A DNA stretch of 64,000 nucleotides from Escherichia coli (GTDB lineage: Bacteria > Pseudomonadota > Gammaproteobacteria > Enterobacterales > Enterobacteriaceae), in assembly GCF_050320075.1 (NCBI RefSeq), contig NZ_CP190018.1. One strand, written 5' to 3'. Under the pieces are notes generated by a model. It was not told where the DNA came from, ran no database searches, and worked only from the letters and a program-made list of their open reading frames with translations. The number at the start of each line of letters is the position of its first letter. The first letter of the stretch is position 1. The translations under genes and the position numbers were made by a program. Positions 39,790 through 56,491 of this stretch are shown here, piece after piece.

Positions 39790-40722
39790 GTGGATAAAAT
39801 TTTCGTTGATGAAGCAGTAAATGAGCTGCAAACCATTCAGGACATGTTGCGCTGGTCGGTGAGCCGCTTCAGCGCGGCAAATATCTGGTACGGTCACGGC
39901 ACTGACAACCCGTGGGATGAAGCCGTACAGCTGGTGTTGCCTTCGCTCTACCTGCCGCTGGATATCCCGGAAGATATGCGCACCGCGCGTCTGACCTCCA
40001 GCGAAAAACACCGTATTGTTGAACGCGTGATCCGCCGCGTCAACGAGCGCATTCCGGTGGCTTACCTGACCAACAAAGCCTGGTTCTGCGGTCATGAATT
40101 TTACGTCGATGAACGCGTGCTGGTGCCGCGCTCGCCGATTGGTGAACTGATCAACAATAAATTTGCCGGACTTATCAGCAAGCAACCGCAGCATATTTTA
40201 GATATGTGTACCGGTAGCGGCTGCATCGCCATTGCCTGTGCTTATGCCTTCCCGGATGCGGAAGTTGACGCGGTGGATATCTCTCCCGACGCGCTGGCGG
40301 TTGCTGAACAGAACATCGAAGAACACGGTCTGATCCACAACGTCATTCCGATTCGCTCCGATCTGTTCCGCGACTTGCCGAAAGTGCAGTACGACCTGAT
40401 TGTCACTAACCCGCCGTATGTCGATGCGGAAGATATGTCCGACCTGCCAAATGAGTACCGTCACGAGCCGGAACTGGGCCTGGCATCTGGCACTGACGGC
40501 CTGAAACTGACGCGTCGCATTCTCGGTAACGCGGCAGATTATCTTGCTGATGATGGCGTACTGATTTGTGAAGTCGGCAACAGCATGGTACATCTTATGG
40601 AACAATATCCGGATGTTCCGTTCACCTGGCTGGAGTTTGATAACGGCGGCGATGGTGTGTTTATGCTCACCAAAGAGCAGCTGCTGGCGGCCCGTGAACA
40701 TTTCGCGATTTATAAAGATTAA
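39790..40722 (+). CDS. prmB: ribosomal protein L3 glutamine N5-methyltransferase PrmB
   Basis: Track ORF 39457..40722; start placed at in-frame GTG ([15 protein letters not shown], 310 aa); NPPY motif present. Confidence 0.9.
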   Translation: MDKIFVDEAVNELQTIQDMLRWSVSRFSAANIWYGHGTDNPWDEAVQLVLPSLYLPLDIPEDMRTARLTSSEKHRIVERVIRRVNERIPVAYLTNKAWFCGHEFYVDERVLVPRSPIGELINNKFAGLISKQPQHILDMCTGSGCIAIACAYAFPDAEVDAVDISPDALAVAEQNIEEHGLIHNVIPIRSDLFRDLPKVQYDLIVTNPPYVDAEDMSDLPNEYRHEPELGLASGTDGLKLTRRILGNAADYLADDGVLICEVGNSMVHLMEQYPDVPFTWLEFDNGGDGVFMLTKEQLLAAREHFAIYKD

Positions 40723-40756
40723 GTAAACACGCAAACACAACAATAACGGAGCCGTG

Positions 40757-41842
40757 ATGGCTGGAAACACAATTGGACAACTCTTTCGCGTAACCACCTT
40801 CGGCGAATCGCACGGGCTGGCGCTCGGCTGCATCGTCGATGGTGTTCCGCCAGGCATTCCGCTGACGGAAGCGGACCTGCAACATGACCTTGATCGTCGT
40901 CGCCCTGGGACATCGCGCTACACCACCCAGCGTCGTGAGCCGGATCAGGTCAAAATTCTCTCCGGTGTTTTTGAAGGCGTTACTACCGGCACCAGCATTG
41001 GCTTGTTGATCGAAAATACCGACCAGCGTTCTCAGGATTACAGCGCCATTAAAGACGTTTTCCGTCCAGGCCATGCCGATTACACCTACGAACAAAAATA
41101 CGGTCTGCGCGATTATCGCGGCGGTGGACGTTCTTCCGCCCGCGAAACCGCCATGCGCGTGGCGGCGGGGGCGATTGCCAAAAAATATCTCGCCGAGAAA
41201 TTTGGCATTGAGATTCGCGGCTGCCTGACCCAGATGGGCGACATTCCGCTGGAAATCAAAGACTGGTCGCAGGTCGAGCAAAATCCATTCTTCTGCCCGG
41301 ATCCGGACAAAATTGACGCGTTAGATGAACTGATGCGCGCGCTGAAAAAAGAGGGTGACTCTATTGGCGCGAAAGTCACCGTCGTTGCCAGTGGCGTACC
41401 CGCCGGACTTGGCGAGCCGGTCTTTGACCGCCTGGATGCCGACATCGCCCATGCGCTGATGAGCATCAACGCGGTGAAAGGCGTGGAAATTGGCGACGGT
41501 TTTGACGTGGTGGCGCTGCGTGGCAGCCAGAACCGCGACGAAATCACCAAAGACGGTTTCCAGAGCAACCATGCGGGCGGCATTCTTGGCGGTATCAGCA
41601 GCGGGCAGCAAATCATTGCCCATATGGCGCTGAAGCCGACCTCCAGCATTACCGTGCCAGGGCGCACCATTAACCGCTTTGGCGAAGAAGTTGAGATGAT
41701 CACCAAAGGCCGTCACGATCCTTGTGTCGGGATCCGTGCGGTGCCGATCGCAGAAGCGATGCTGGCGATCGTTTTGATGGATCACCTGTTACGGCAACGG
41801 GCGCAAAATGTCGATGTGAAGACTGATATTCCACGCTGGTAA
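40757..41842 (+). CDS. aroC: chorismate synthase
   Basis: Track ORF, start at second Met ([10 protein letters not shown], 361 aa). Confidence 0.95.
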   Translation: MAGNTIGQLFRVTTFGESHGLALGCIVDGVPPGIPLTEADLQHDLDRRRPGTSRYTTQRREPDQVKILSGVFEGVTTGTSIGLLIENTDQRSQDYSAIKDVFRPGHADYTYEQKYGLRDYRGGGRSSARETAMRVAAGAIAKKYLAEKFGIEIRGCLTQMGDIPLEIKDWSQVEQNPFFCPDPDKIDALDELMRALKKEGDSIGAKVTVVASGVPAGLGEPVFDRLDADIAHALMSINAVKGVEIGDGFDVVALRGSQNRDEITKDGFQSNHAGGILGGISSGQQIIAHMALKPTSSITVPGRTINRFGEEVEMITKGRHDPCVGIRAVPIAEAMLAIVLMDHLLRQRAQNVDVKTDIPRW

Positions 41843-41845
41843 AAA

Positions 41846-42670
41846 ATGAACAAAACCGCGATTGCGCTGCTGGCCCTGCTTGCCAGTAGCGCCAGCCTGG
41901 CAGCGACGCCGTGGCAAAAAATAACCCAACCTGTGCCGGGTAGCGCACAATCGATAGGCAGTTTTTCTAATGGTTGTATCGTCGGCGCTGACACGCTGCC
42001 GATACAGTCCGAACATTATCAGGTCATGCGTACCGATCAGCGTCGCTATTTCGGACATCCGGATCTGGTGATGTTTATCCAGCGTCTGAGTAGCCAGGTG
42101 AGCAATCTGGGCTTGGGCACGGTGCTGATTGGCGATATGGGGATGCCTGCTGGTGGTCGTTTCAACGGCGGTCACGCCAGCCACCAGACCGGACTGGATG
42201 TGGACATCTTCCTGCAACTGCCAAAAACACGCTGGACCTCCGCGCAGCTCTTGCGCCCGCAAGCGTTAGATTTAGTTTCCCGCGACGGTAAACACGTTGT
42301 TCCGACGCTGTGGAAGCCAGAAATTTTCAGCTTGATCAAACTCGCCGCCCAGGACAAAGACGTCACGCGCATTTTTGTTAATCCGGCGATTAAACAACAA
42401 CTTTGCCTTGATGCGGGCACCGATCGCGACTGGTTGCGCAAAGTGCGACCCTGGTTCCAGCATCGCGCGCATATGCATGTACGATTACGTTGTCCTGCCG
42501 ATAGTCTGGAGTGTGAAGATCAACCTTTACCGCCACCAGGCGATGGTTGCGGGGCAGAACTGCAAAGCTGGTTTGAACCTCCAAAACCGGGAACAACAAA
42601 GCCTGAGAAGAAGACACCGCCTCCGTTGCCGCCTTCCTGCCAGGCGCTACTGGATGAGCACGTGATCTAA
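41846..42670 (+). CDS. mepA: penicillin-insensitive murein DD-endopeptidase MepA
   Basis: Track ORF 274 aa with signal peptide. Confidence 0.9.
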   Translation: MNKTAIALLALLASSASLAATPWQKITQPVPGSAQSIGSFSNGCIVGADTLPIQSEHYQVMRTDQRRYFGHPDLVMFIQRLSSQVSNLGLGTVLIGDMGMPAGGRFNGGHASHQTGLDVDIFLQLPKTRWTSAQLLRPQALDLVSRDGKHVVPTLWKPEIFSLIKLAAQDKDVTRIFVNPAIKQQLCLDAGTDRDWLRKVRPWFQHRAHMHVRLRCPADSLECEDQPLPPPGDGCGAELQSWFEPPKPGTTKPEKKTPPPLPPSCQALLDEHVI

Positions 42671-43479
42671 TGGAAACGTTTAATAGCCTGTTTATGGTTT
42701 CCCCGCTGTTGCTGGGAGTTCTCTTTTTTGTCGCCATGCTGGCGGGATTTATCGACTCGATTGCCGGTGGCGGTGGGTTACTCACCATTCCGGCATTGAT
42801 GGCGGCGGGGATGTCTCCCGCTAACGCGCTGGCAACCAATAAACTGCAAGCCTGCGGTGGCTCTATTTCCGCCACTATCTACTTTATTCGCCGCAAAGTG
42901 GTTAGTTTAAGCGATCAGAAACTCAATATCGCCATGACCTTTGTCGGCTCAATGAGCGGCGCATTGCTGGTGCAGTATGTTCAGGCTGATGTCTTACGGC
43001 AGATTTTGCCCATTCTGGTGATTTGTATCGGCCTCTATTTCTTGCTGATGCCAAAGCTGGGTGAAGAAGATCGCCAGCGTCGGATGTACGGTTTACCCTT
43101 CGCGTTAATTGCCGGTGGCTGCGTCGGTTTTTATGACGGCTTCTTTGGTCCGGCAGCGGGATCGTTTTACGCGCTGGCCTTTGTTACGCTGTGCGGATTC
43201 AACCTCGCCAAAGCCACGGCTCACGCCAAATTACTCAACGCAACGTCAAATATCGGCGGTTTACTGCTGTTTATTCTCGGTGGCAAAGTGATTTGGGCGA
43301 CAGGATTCGTGATGCTGGTGGGGCAGTTCCTCGGCGCGCGCATGGGTTCACGACTGGTGTTGAGCAAAGGACAAAAGCTGATCCGCCCGATGATCGTTAT
43401 CGTCTCGGCGGTGATGAGTGCCAAATTACTTTACGATAGCCACGGACAGGAGATCCTCCACTGGTTGGGGATGAACTAA
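42670..43479 (+). CDS. yfcA: TauE/SafE-family membrane protein YfcA
   Basis: Track ORF 269 aa, polytopic membrane protein. Confidence 0.85.
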   Translation: METFNSLFMVSPLLLGVLFFVAMLAGFIDSIAGGGGLLTIPALMAAGMSPANALATNKLQACGGSISATIYFIRRKVVSLSDQKLNIAMTFVGSMSGALLVQYVQADVLRQILPILVICIGLYFLLMPKLGEEDRQRRMYGLPFALIAGGCVGFYDGFFGPAAGSFYALAFVTLCGFNLAKATAHAKLLNATSNIGGLLLFILGGKVIWATGFVMLVGQFLGARMGSRLVLSKGQKLIRPMIVIVSAVMSAKLLYDSHGQEILHWLGMN

Positions 43480-44027
43480 TGAACAGTACACACCACTATG
43501 AGCAGTTGATTGAAATTTTTAATAGCTGCTTTGCCGATGATTTTAATACCCGTCTGATTAAAGGCGACGACGAACCGATCTATCTTCCTGCTGATGCGGA
43601 AGTACCGTATAACCGAATCGTCTTTGCTCATGGCTTTTATGCCAGCGCAATTCATGAGATTTCGCACTGGTGTATTGCCGGGAAAGCGCGCCGTGAGCTG
43701 GTTGATTTCGGCTACTGGTATTGTCCCGACGGACGCGATGCCCAAACGCAAAGCCAGTTTGAAGATGTTGAAGTGAAGCCGCAGGCGCTGGACTGGTTGT
43801 TCTGTGTGGCGGCGGGATATCCGTTTAATGTCAGTTGCGACAATCTGGAAGGGGATTTCGAACCGGACCGCGTGGTATTTCAACGGCGGGTACATGCACA
43901 GGTGATGGATTATCTGGAAAACGGCATTCCTGAACGCCCGGCACGCTTCATTAAAGCATTACAAAATTATTATCACACGCCGGAACTTACGGCGGAACAG
44001 TTCCCGTGGCCGGAAGCGCTCAACTGA
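43479..44027 (+). CDS. epmC: elongation factor P hydroxylase EpmC (YfcM)
   Basis: Track ORF 182 aa recognised as YfcM/EpmC. Confidence 0.85.
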   Translation: MNSTHHYEQLIEIFNSCFADDFNTRLIKGDDEPIYLPADAEVPYNRIVFAHGFYASAIHEISHWCIAGKARRELVDFGYWYCPDGRDAQTQSQFEDVEVKPQALDWLFCVAAGYPFNVSCDNLEGDFEPDRVVFQRRVHAQVMDYLENGIPERPARFIKALQNYYHTPELTAEQFPWPEALN

Positions 44028-44060
44028 AGCCTGCGCCACGTTTTACAATGAGGAAAGAAG

Positions 44061-44339
44061 ATGATCGCGGAGTTTGAATCACGCATTCTGGCATTAATCG
44101 ACGGTATGGTTGACCATGCCAGTGATGATGAGTTGTTTGCCAGTGGGTATTTGCGTGGCCACCTGACATTAGCCATCGCAGAACTGGAAAGTGGTGATGA
44201 CCACTCCGCCCAGGCGGTACATACAACCGTTAGCCAGAGTCTGGAAAAAGCCATTGGTGCCGGTGAATTGTCGCCGCGTGACCAGGCACTGGTGACCGAT
44301 ATGTGGGAAAACCTGTTTCAGCAGGCGTCACAGCAGTAA
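44061..44339 (+). CDS. yfcL: small uncharacterised protein YfcL
   Basis: Track ORF 92 aa; position between epmC and mnmC. Confidence 0.8.
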
Positions 44340-44345
44340 GTAATG

Positions 44346-44377
44346 TGCCGGATAAGGCGTTCACGCCGCATCCGGCA
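44346..44377. repeat. REP element
   Basis: TGCCGGATAAGGCGTTCACGCCGCATCCGGCA between convergent yfcL and mnmC. Confidence 0.55.
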
Positions 44378-44394
44378 AACACTGCCAAAGTAGA

Positions 44395-46467
<2,073 letters not shown>

Positions 46468-46476
46468 CTATTAATC

Positions 46477-46511
46477 GTCTGATCGGACTTGTTCGGCGTA
46501 CAAGTGTACGC
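46477..46511. promoter_or_regulatory. fabB promoter FadR site and adjacent FabR palindrome
   Basis: GTCTGATCGGACTTGTTC (FadR-like) followed by GCGTACA-AG-TGTACGC, a 7-2-7 palindrome typical of the FabR operator. Confidence 0.55.
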
Positions 46512-46559
46512 TATTGTGCCATTCGAAACTTACTATAGTGCGACTTACAGAGGTATTGA

Positions 46560-47780
46560 ATGAAACGTGCAGTGATTACTGGCCTGGGCATCGTTTCCAG
46601 CATCGGTAATAACCAGCAGGAAGTCCTGGCATCTCTGCGTGAAGGACGCTCAGGGATCACTTTCTCTCAAGAGCTGAAGGACTCCGGCATGCGTAGCCAC
46701 GTATGGGGCAACGTAAAACTGGATACCACTGGCCTCATTGACCGCAAAGTTGTGCGCTTTATGAGCGACGCATCCATCTATGCATTCCTTTCCATGGAGC
46801 AGGCAATCGCAGATGCTGGCCTCTCCCCGCAAGCTTATCAGAACAACCCACGTGTGGGCCTGATTGCAGGTTCCGGTGGTGGTTCCCCGCGTTTCCAGGT
46901 GTTCGGCGCTGACGCAATGCGCGGCCCGCGCGGCCTGAAAGCGGTTGGCCCGTATGTGGTCACTAAAGCGATGGCATCTGGCGTTTCTGCCTGTCTCGCC
47001 ACGCCGTTTAAAATTCATGGCGTTAACTACTCCATCAGCTCCGCGTGTGCGACTTCCGCACACTGTATCGGTAACGCAGTAGAGCAGATCCAACTGGGCA
47101 AACAGGACATCGTGTTTGCTGGTGGCGGCGAAGAGCTGTGCTGGGAAATGGCTTGCGAATTCGACGCGATGGGTGCGCTGTCTACCAAATACAACGACAC
47201 CCCGGAAAAAGCCTCCCGTACTTACGACGCTCACCGTGACGGTTTCGTTATCGCAGGCGGCGGCGGTATGGTAGTGGTTGAAGAGCTGGAACACGCGCTG
47301 GCGCGTGGTGCTCACATCTATGCTGAAATCGTTGGCTACGGCGCAACGTCTGATGGCGCAGACATGGTTGCTCCGTCTGGCGAAGGCGCAGTGCGTTGCA
47401 TGAAGATGGCGATGCACGGTGTTGATACCCCAATCGACTACCTGAACTCCCACGGTACTTCGACTCCGGTTGGCGACGTGAAAGAGCTGGCGGCTATCCG
47501 TGAAGTGTTCGGCGATAAGAGCCCGGCGATTTCTGCAACCAAAGCAATGACCGGTCACTCTCTGGGCGCTGCTGGCGTACAGGAAGCTATCTACTCTCTG
47601 CTGATGCTGGAACACGGCTTTATCGCCCCGAGCATCAACATTGAAGAGCTGGACGAACAGGCTGCGGGTCTGAACATCGTGACCGAAACGACCGATCGCG
47701 AACTGACCACCGTTATGTCTAACAGCTTCGGCTTCGGCGGCACCAACGCCACGCTGGTAATGCGCAAGCTGAAAGATTAA
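46560..47780 (+). CDS. fabB: 3-oxoacyl-ACP synthase I (KAS I)
   Basis: Track ORF 406 aa; condensing-enzyme fold with active-site Cys (SSACATS). Confidence 0.95.
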   Translation: MKRAVITGLGIVSSIGNNQQEVLASLREGRSGITFSQELKDSGMRSHVWGNVKLDTTGLIDRKVVRFMSDASIYAFLSMEQAIADAGLSPQAYQNNPRVGLIAGSGGGSPRFQVFGADAMRGPRGLKAVGPYVVTKAMASGVSACLATPFKIHGVNYSISSACATSAHCIGNAVEQIQLGKQDIVFAGGGEELCWEMACEFDAMGALSTKYNDTPEKASRTYDAHRDGFVIAGGGGMVVVEELEHALARGAHIYAEIVGYGATSDGADMVAPSGEGAVRCMKMAMHGVDTPIDYLNSHGTSTPVGDVKELAAIREVFGDKSPAISATKAMTGHSLGAAGVQEAIYSLLMLEHGFIAPSINIEELDEQAAGLNIVTETTDRELTTVMSNSFGFGGTNATLVMRKLKD

Positions 47781-47789
47781 TTTGGAGTA

Positions 47790-47822
47790 GGTCGGATAAG
47801 ACGCGTCAGCGTCGCATCCGAC
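47790..47822. repeat. REP element after fabB
   Basis: GGTCGGATAAGACGCGTCAGCGTCGCATCCGAC. Confidence 0.55.
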
Positions 47823-47856
47823 ATTACGCGCCAATGCGGCCTCCGGCACTAACGCC

Positions 47857-47882
47857 AAAGGGAACCCGATGGTTCCCTTTTT
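47857..47882 (+). terminator. intrinsic terminator after fabB
   Basis: AAAGGGAACC-CGAT-GGTTCCCTTT followed by TT. Confidence 0.65.
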
Positions 47883-48041
47883 CACATCATTGACAATCGC
47901 CGCCTGTTCCAGGCAAACTTCCCGCTTTGTCGATTTCCTTCTGAAAAGACGTGCGCGTTAAATCCTGCCAACGCACCGTAACCCTGAAACCAGAGAGATG
48001 AGACGGGGAAATTCCTCGCCTTGCGCTGCATTCTGGAGTAA

Positions 48042-50215
<2,174 letters not shown>

Positions 50216-50313
50216 TACGTATCCTTATACCTGAAATCTTCGCAAGTATGCCTGGCCGCGAGATTATGGCACACTTGTCCGGTTAACTCTCGTCTCATAC
50301 AGGTAACACAAAC

Positions 50314-51450
50314 GTGAAAATCCTTGTTGATGAAAATATGCCTTATGCCCGCGACTTATTTAGCCGTTTGGGCGAGGTGACCGCGATTCCCGGGCGTCCA
50401 ATCCCCGTGGCTCAACTGGCAGACGCGGATGCGCTGATGGTGCGTTCGGTCACGAAAGTGAATGAATCTTTGCTGGCAGGAAAACCCATTAAATTTGTTG
50501 GCACTGCCACCGCGGGGACCGACCATGTCGATGAAGCGTGGTTAAAGCAGGCGGGAATTGGTTTTTCCGCGGCACCAGGCTGTAATGCGATTGCGGTGGT
50601 GGAATATGTTTTCTCCTCACTGCTGATGCTTGCCGAACGCGATGGATTTTCACTGCACGACCGTACAGTGGGGATCGTGGGCGTTGGTAACGTTGGTCGC
50701 CGTTTACAGGCGCGACTGGAAGCGTTAGGGATTACAACCTTGCTTTGCGATCCGCCTCGCGCCGACCGTGGGGATGAGGGGGATTTCCGCTCGCTGGATG
50801 AATTAGTTCAGCATGCGGATATTCTGACTTTCCATACGCCACTCTTTAAAGATGGTCCGTACAAAACGCTGCATCTGGCGGATGAAAAACTGATCCGTAG
50901 CCTGAAACCAGGAGCGATTCTGATTAACGCCTGCCGTGGCGCAGTCGTCGATAATACTGCCCTATTGACCTGTCTGAACGAAGGCCAGAAGTTAAGCGTA
51001 GTGCTGGATGTCTGGGAAGGCGAACCGGAACTCAACGTGGAATTGCTGAAAAAAGTGGATATCGGCACGCCGCATATCGCAGGCTATACCCTGGAAGGTA
51101 AAGCACGCGGTACTACGCAAGTGTTTGAAGCCTATAGCAAGTTTATTGGGCATGAACAGCATGTTGCGCTGGATACGTTGCTGCCCGCGCCAGAGTTTGG
51201 CCGCATTACGCTGCATGGTCCGCTCGATCAACCGACGCTGAAAAGGCTGGTGCATTTGGTGTATGATGTGCGCCGCGATGACGCACCGCTGCGTAAAGTC
51301 GCCGGAATACCGGGTGAGTTCGATAAGCTGCGCAAAAACTATCTTGAGCGCCGTGAATGGTCATCTCTGTATGTGATTTGTGATGACGCCAGCGCGGCAT
51401 CATTGCTGTGTAAACTGGGTTTTAACGCCGTTCATCATCCGGCACGTTAA
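50314..51450 (+). CDS. pdxB: erythronate-4-phosphate dehydrogenase
   Basis: Track ORF 378 aa, D-2-hydroxyacid dehydrogenase family ([12 protein letters not shown]). Confidence 0.9.
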   Translation: MKILVDENMPYARDLFSRLGEVTAIPGRPIPVAQLADADALMVRSVTKVNESLLAGKPIKFVGTATAGTDHVDEAWLKQAGIGFSAAPGCNAIAVVEYVFSSLLMLAERDGFSLHDRTVGIVGVGNVGRRLQARLEALGITTLLCDPPRADRGDEGDFRSLDELVQHADILTFHTPLFKDGPYKTLHLADEKLIRSLKPGAILINACRGAVVDNTALLTCLNEGQKLSVVLDVWEGEPELNVELLKKVDIGTPHIAGYTLEGKARGTTQVFEAYSKFIGHEQHVALDTLLPAPEFGRITLHGPLDQPTLKRLVHLVYDVRRDDAPLRKVAGIPGEFDKLRKNYLERREWSSLYVICDDASAASLLCKLGFNAVHHPAR

Positions 51451-51515
51451 TCTCTTCTTCATGCTCTCTGCTGTAATATTGGCAGGGAGCTTTGCTATTT
51501 CTGGAGTAAACCACC

Positions 51516-52529
51516 ATGTCTGAAGGCTGGAACATTGCCGTCCTGGGCGCAACTGGCGCTGTGGGCGAAGCCCTGCTTGAAACGCTGGCTGAACGTCAGT
51601 TCCCGGTTGGGGAAATTTATGCACTGGCACGTAACGAAAGCGCAGGCGAACAACTGCGCTTTGGTGGTAAGACAATCACCGTGCAGGATGCCGCTGAATT
51701 CGACTGGACGCAGGCGCAGCTGGCGTTTTTTGTCGCAGGCAAAGAAGCTACCGCTGCCTGGGTTGAAGAAGCGACCAACTCAGGTTGCCTGGTGATCGAT
51801 AGCAGCGGATTGTTTGCTCTCGAACCTGACGTACCGCTGGTGGTGCCGGAAGTAAACCCGTTTGTACTGACCGATTACCGCAACCGGAATGTCATCGCCG
51901 TACCGGACAGTCTGACCAGCCAACTGCTGGCGGCACTGAAACCGTTAATCGATCAGGGCGGTTTGTCGCGTATCAGCGTTACCAGCCTGATTTCAGCCTC
52001 CGCCCAGGGCAAAAAAGCGGTCGATGCGTTAGCGGGGCAGAGTGCGAAATTGCTCAACGGCATTCCGATTGATGAAGAAGATTTCTTCGGGCGTCAGCTG
52101 GCGTTCAACATGCTGCCGTTACTGCCGGATAGCGAAGGTAGCGTGCGTGAAGAACGTCGTATCGTTGACGAAGTACGAAAAATCCTGCAGGACGAAGGGC
52201 TGATGATTTCGGCAAGCGTCGTCCAGGCACCGGTATTCTACGGTCATGCCCAGATGGTCAACTTTGAAGCACTGCGTCCGCTGGCAGCAGAAGAAGCGCG
52301 TGATGCGTTTGCTCAGGGCGAAGATATTGTGCTCTCTGAAGAGAACGAATTCCCGACTCAGGTGGGGGATGCTTCTGGTACGCCGCATCTTTCCGTTGGC
52401 TGCGTACGTAATGACTACGGTATGCCGGAGCAAGTTCAGTTCTGGTCGGTGGCCGATAACGTTCGCTTTGGCGGCGCGCTGATGGCAGTAAAAATCGCCG
52501 AGAAACTGGTGCAGGAGTATCTGTACTAA
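51516..52529 (+). CDS. usg: USG-1 protein (aspartate-semialdehyde dehydrogenase homolog)
   Basis: Track ORF 337 aa with N-terminal Rossmann motif GATGAVG. Confidence 0.85.
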   Translation: MSEGWNIAVLGATGAVGEALLETLAERQFPVGEIYALARNESAGEQLRFGGKTITVQDAAEFDWTQAQLAFFVAGKEATAAWVEEATNSGCLVIDSSGLFALEPDVPLVVPEVNPFVLTDYRNRNVIAVPDSLTSQLLAALKPLIDQGGLSRISVTSLISASAQGKKAVDALAGQSAKLLNGIPIDEEDFFGRQLAFNMLPLLPDSEGSVREERRIVDEVRKILQDEGLMISASVVQAPVFYGHAQMVNFEALRPLAAEEARDAFAQGEDIVLSEENEFPTQVGDASGTPHLSVGCVRNDYGMPEQVQFWSVADNVRFGGALMAVKIAEKLVQEYLY

Positions 52530-53341
52530 TGTCCGACCAGCAACAACCGCCAGTTTATAAAATTGCGCTGGGCATTGAGTACGACGGCAGTAAGTATTAC
52601 GGCTGGCAACGGCAGAACGAAGTCCGCAGTGTGCAGGAGAAGCTGGAAAAGGCGCTCTCCCAGGTGGCGAACGAACCCATCACCGTCTTCTGCGCCGGGC
52701 GTACTGACGCAGGTGTACACGGCACCGGGCAGGTTGTGCATTTCGAAACGACCGCGCAGCGCAAAGACGCTGCGTGGACGTTGGGCGTAAATGCGAATTT
52801 ACCTGGTGACATCGCCGTGCGTTGGGTTAAAGCTGTACCTGATGATTTTCATGCCCGATTTAGCGCCACGGCTCGCCGTTATCGCTACATCATCTACAAT
52901 CATCGGCTGCGCCCGGCGGTACTGAGTAAAGGGGTAACCCATTTTTACGAACCGCTGGACGCTGAACGGATGCATCGGGCCGCGCAATGCTTGCTGGGCG
53001 AGAATGATTTCACCTCGTTCCGTGCGGTGCAGTGCCAGTCCCGAACCCCGTGGCGCAACGTTATGCATATTAATGTCACGCGTCACGGTCCTTATGTGGT
53101 GGTAGATATCAAAGCGAATGCCTTTGTACATCATATGGTCAGGAATATTGTCGGCAGCCTGATGGAAGTCGGTGCCCACAACCAGCCGGAGAGCTGGATA
53201 GCAGAGTTGCTGGCGGCAAAGGACAGAACGCTGGCGGCAGCAACGGCAAAAGCGGAAGGGCTGTATCTGGTCGCGGTGGATTACCCTGACCGGTATGATC
53301 TTCCAAAACCGCCAATGGGCCCGCTATTTCTGGCGGACTAA
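52529..53341 (+). CDS. truA: tRNA pseudouridine(38-40) synthase
   Basis: Track ORF 270 aa; start overlaps usg stop. Confidence 0.95.
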   Translation: MSDQQQPPVYKIALGIEYDGSKYYGWQRQNEVRSVQEKLEKALSQVANEPITVFCAGRTDAGVHGTGQVVHFETTAQRKDAAWTLGVNANLPGDIAVRWVKAVPDDFHARFSATARRYRYIIYNHRLRPAVLSKGVTHFYEPLDAERMHRAAQCLLGENDFTSFRAVQCQSRTPWRNVMHINVTRHGPYVVVDIKANAFVHHMVRNIVGSLMEVGAHNQPESWIAELLAAKDRTLAAATAKAEGLYLVAVDYPDRYDLPKPPMGPLFLAD

Positions 53342-53423
53342 CAAGAATAATGCTCGGAACATTTCAGGCTGTAGCCAACGTAGTTACAGCCTGTAAGATG
53401 ACGAGTACAAGGCATAGGCTAAT

Positions 53424-54083
53424 ATGGACCTGATTTATTTCCTCATCGATTTTATCCTGCACATTGACGTGCATCTGGCAGAACTGGTCGCGGAGTATGG
53501 CGTCTGGGTTTATGCCATTTTGTTCTTAATTTTGTTCTGTGAAACCGGTCTGGTGGTAACGCCGTTTTTACCGGGTGATTCATTGCTGTTTGTTGCCGGT
53601 GCGTTGGCATCACTGGAAACCAACGATCTCAACGTCCATATGATGGTGGTGCTGATGCTGATCGCCGCGATTGTGGGTGACGCGGTGAACTACACCATTG
53701 GACGGTTATTTGGTGACAAACTGTTCAGTAATCCGGATTCGAAAATCTTTCGTCGCAGTTATCTTGATAAGACTCATCAGTTTTACGAGAAACATGGCGG
53801 CAAAACGATTATTCTCGCCCGTTTTGTGCCGATCGTCAGAACGTTCGCGCCGTTCGTTGCGGGAATGGGCCACATGTCGTATCGTCATTTCGCCGCTTTT
53901 AACGTCATCGGCGCGTTGCTATGGGTACTGATTTTTACCTACGCGGGTTATTTCTTCGGAACGCTCCCCTTCATTCAGAGCAACCTTAAACTGATGATTG
54001 TTGGCATTATTTTTGTTTCAATATTGCCAGGTGTTTTCGAATTTATTCGCCACAAACGCGCTGCGGCACGCGCCGCAAAATAA
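53424..54083 (+). CDS. dedA: DedA-family inner membrane protein
   Basis: Track ORF 219 aa. Confidence 0.85.
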   Translation: MDLIYFLIDFILHIDVHLAELVAEYGVWVYAILFLILFCETGLVVTPFLPGDSLLFVAGALASLETNDLNVHMMVVLMLIAAIVGDAVNYTIGRLFGDKLFSNPDSKIFRRSYLDKTHQFYEKHGGKTIILARFVPIVRTFAPFVAGMGHMSYRHFAAFNVIGALLWVLIFTYAGYFFGTLPFIQSNLKLMIVGIIFVSILPGVFEFIRHKRAAARAAK

Positions 54084-54238
54084 AAAGTAACTCCGCGGTT
54101 CGACCACTTTTTTATCCAAAGTTTCGGGCTGTTATGTTTTAATGTGCAACATTCATGGTCTGTTGGGGGCAAAAATGGCATTATGCGTCCCCAAAGATAA
54201 AACTGGCATCGAACCAGGTTCAGACAGAAAGGTCCCTA

Positions 54239-55153
54239 ATGAGCTGGATTGAACGAATTAAAAGCAACATTACTCCCACCCGCAAGGCGAGCATTCCTGA
54301 AGGGGTGTGGACTAAGTGTGATAGCTGCGGTCAGGTTTTATACCGCGCTGAGCTGGAACGTAATCTTGAGGTCTGTCCGAAGTGTGACCATCACATGCGT
54401 ATGACAGCGCGTAATCGCCTGCATAGCCTGTTAGATGAAGGAAGCCTTGTGGAGCTGGGTAGCGAGCTTGAGCCGAAAGATGTGCTGAAGTTTCGTGACT
54501 CCAAGAAGTATAAAGAGCGTCTGGCATCTGCGCAGAAAGAAACCGGCGAAAAAGATGCGCTGGTGGTGATGAAAGGCACCCTGTATGGAATGCCAGTTGT
54601 CGCTGCGGCATTCGAGTTCGCCTTTATGGGCGGTTCCATGGGGTCTGTGGTAGGTGCACGTTTCGTGCGTGCCGTTGAGCAGGCGCTGGAAGATAACTGC
54701 CCACTGATCTGCTTCTCCGCCTCTGGTGGCGCACGTATGCAGGAAGCACTGATGTCGCTGATGCAGATGGCGAAAACCTCTGCGGCGCTGGCAAAAATGC
54801 AGGAGCGCGGCTTGCCGTACATCTCCGTGCTGACCGACCCGACCATGGGTGGTGTTTCTGCAAGTTTCGCCATGCTGGGCGATCTCAACATCGCTGAACC
54901 GAAAGCGTTAATCGGCTTTGCCGGTCCGCGTGTTATCGAACAGACCGTTCGCGAAAAACTGCCGCCAGGATTCCAGCGCAGTGAATTCCTGATCGAGAAG
55001 GGCGCGATCGACATGATCGTCCGTCGTCCGGAAATGCGCCTGAAACTGGCGAGTATTCTGGCGAAGTTGATGAATCTGCCAGCGCCGAATCCTGAAGCGC
55101 CGCGTGAAGGCGTAGTGGTGCCACCGGTACCAGATCAGGAACCTGAGGCCTGA
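54239..55153 (+). CDS. accD: acetyl-CoA carboxylase carboxyltransferase beta subunit
   Basis: Track ORF 54155..55153; start at in-frame ATG ([10 protein letters not shown], 304 aa); Zn-ribbon CDSCG...CPKCDHH. Confidence 0.95.
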   Translation: MSWIERIKSNITPTRKASIPEGVWTKCDSCGQVLYRAELERNLEVCPKCDHHMRMTARNRLHSLLDEGSLVELGSELEPKDVLKFRDSKKYKERLASAQKETGEKDALVVMKGTLYGMPVVAAAFEFAFMGGSMGSVVGARFVRAVEQALEDNCPLICFSASGGARMQEALMSLMQMAKTSAALAKMQERGLPYISVLTDPTMGGVSASFAMLGDLNIAEPKALIGFAGPRVIEQTVREKLPPGFQRSEFLIEKGAIDMIVRRPEMRLKLASILAKLMNLPAPNPEAPREGVVVPPVPDQEPEA

Positions 55154-55222
55154 TAACTGATAAGGGCAGGGCCACTGGCTCTGCCCTTTTGCTATTCTCA
55201 CCGTAACGAATCAGCGGATACC

Positions 55223-56491
55223 ATGATTATCAAACGCACTCCTCAAGCCGCGTCGCCTCTGGCTTCGTGGCTTTCTTATCTGGAAAACCTGCACAGTAAA
55301 ACTATCGATCTCGGCCTTGAGCGCGTGAGCCAGGTCGCGGCGCGTCTTGGCGTTCTGAAACCAGCGCCATTTGTGTTTACCGTTGCGGGTACGAATGGCA
55401 AAGGCACCACCTGCCGTACGCTGGAGTCGATTCTGATGGCGGCAGGGTACAAAGTGGGCGTCTACAGTTCACCGCATCTGGTGCGTTATACCGAGCGCGT
55501 ACGTGTGCAGGGTCAGGAATTGCCGGAATCGGCCCACACCGCCTCTTTTGCGGAGATTGAATCGGCACGCGGTGATATTTCCCTGACCTATTTCGAGTAC
55601 GGTACGCTGTCGGCGTTGTGGCTGTTCAAGCAGGCACAACTTGACGTGGTGATTCTGGAAGTAGGGCTGGGTGGTCGTCTGGACGCAACCAATATTGTCG
55701 ATGCCGATGTCGCGGTTGTAACCAGCATTGCGCTGGATCATACCGACTGGCTGGGGCCAGATCGCGAAAGCATTGGTCGCGAGAAAGCAGGCATCTTCCG
55801 CAGCGAAAAACCGGCAATTGTCGGTGAGCCGGAAATGCCTTCTACCATTGCTGATGTGGCGCAGGAAAAAAGTGCACTGTTACAACGTCGGGGCGTTGAG
55901 TGGAACTATTCCGTCACCGATCATGACTGGACGTTTAGCGATGCTCACGGCACGCTGGAAAATCTGCCGTTGCCGCTTGTCCCGCAACCGAATGCCGCAA
56001 CGGCGCTGGCGGCACTGCGTGCCAGCGGGCTGGAGGTCAGTGAAAATGCCATTCGCGACGGGATTGCCAGCGCAATTTTGCCGGGACGTTTCCAGATTGT
56101 GAGCGAGTCGCCACGTGTTATTTTTGATGTCGCGCATAATCCACATGCGGCGGAATATCTCACCGGGCGTATGAAAGCGCTACCGAAAAACGGGCGCGTG
56201 CTGGCGGTTATCGGTATGCTACATGATAAAGATATTGCCGGAACTCTGGCCTGGTTGAAAAGCGTGGTTGATGACTGGTATTGTGCGCCACTGGAAGGGC
56301 CGCGCGGTGCCACGGCAGAACAACTGCTTGAGCATTTGGGTAACGGCAAATCATTTGATAGCGTGGCGCAGGCATGGGATGCCGCAATGGCGGACGCTAA
56401 AGCGGAAGATACCGTGCTGGTGTGTGGTTCGTTCCACACGGTCGCACATGTCATGGAAGTGATTGACGCGAGGAGAAGCGGTGGCAAGTAA
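55223..56491 (+). CDS. folC: dihydrofolate synthase / folylpolyglutamate synthase
   Basis: Track ORF 422 aa; P-loop GTNGKGT. Confidence 0.9.
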   Translation: MIIKRTPQAASPLASWLSYLENLHSKTIDLGLERVSQVAARLGVLKPAPFVFTVAGTNGKGTTCRTLESILMAAGYKVGVYSSPHLVRYTERVRVQGQELPESAHTASFAEIESARGDISLTYFEYGTLSALWLFKQAQLDVVILEVGLGGRLDATNIVDADVAVVTSIALDHTDWLGPDRESIGREKAGIFRSEKPAIVGEPEMPSTIADVAQEKSALLQRRGVEWNYSVTDHDWTFSDAHGTLENLPLPLVPQPNAATALAALRASGLEVSENAIRDGIASAILPGRFQIVSESPRVIFDVAHNPHAAEYLTGRMKALPKNGRVLAVIGMLHDKDIAGTLAWLKSVVDDWYCAPLEGPRGATAEQLLEHLGNGKSFDSVAQAWDAAMADAKAEDTVLVCGSFHTVAHVMEVIDARRSGGK

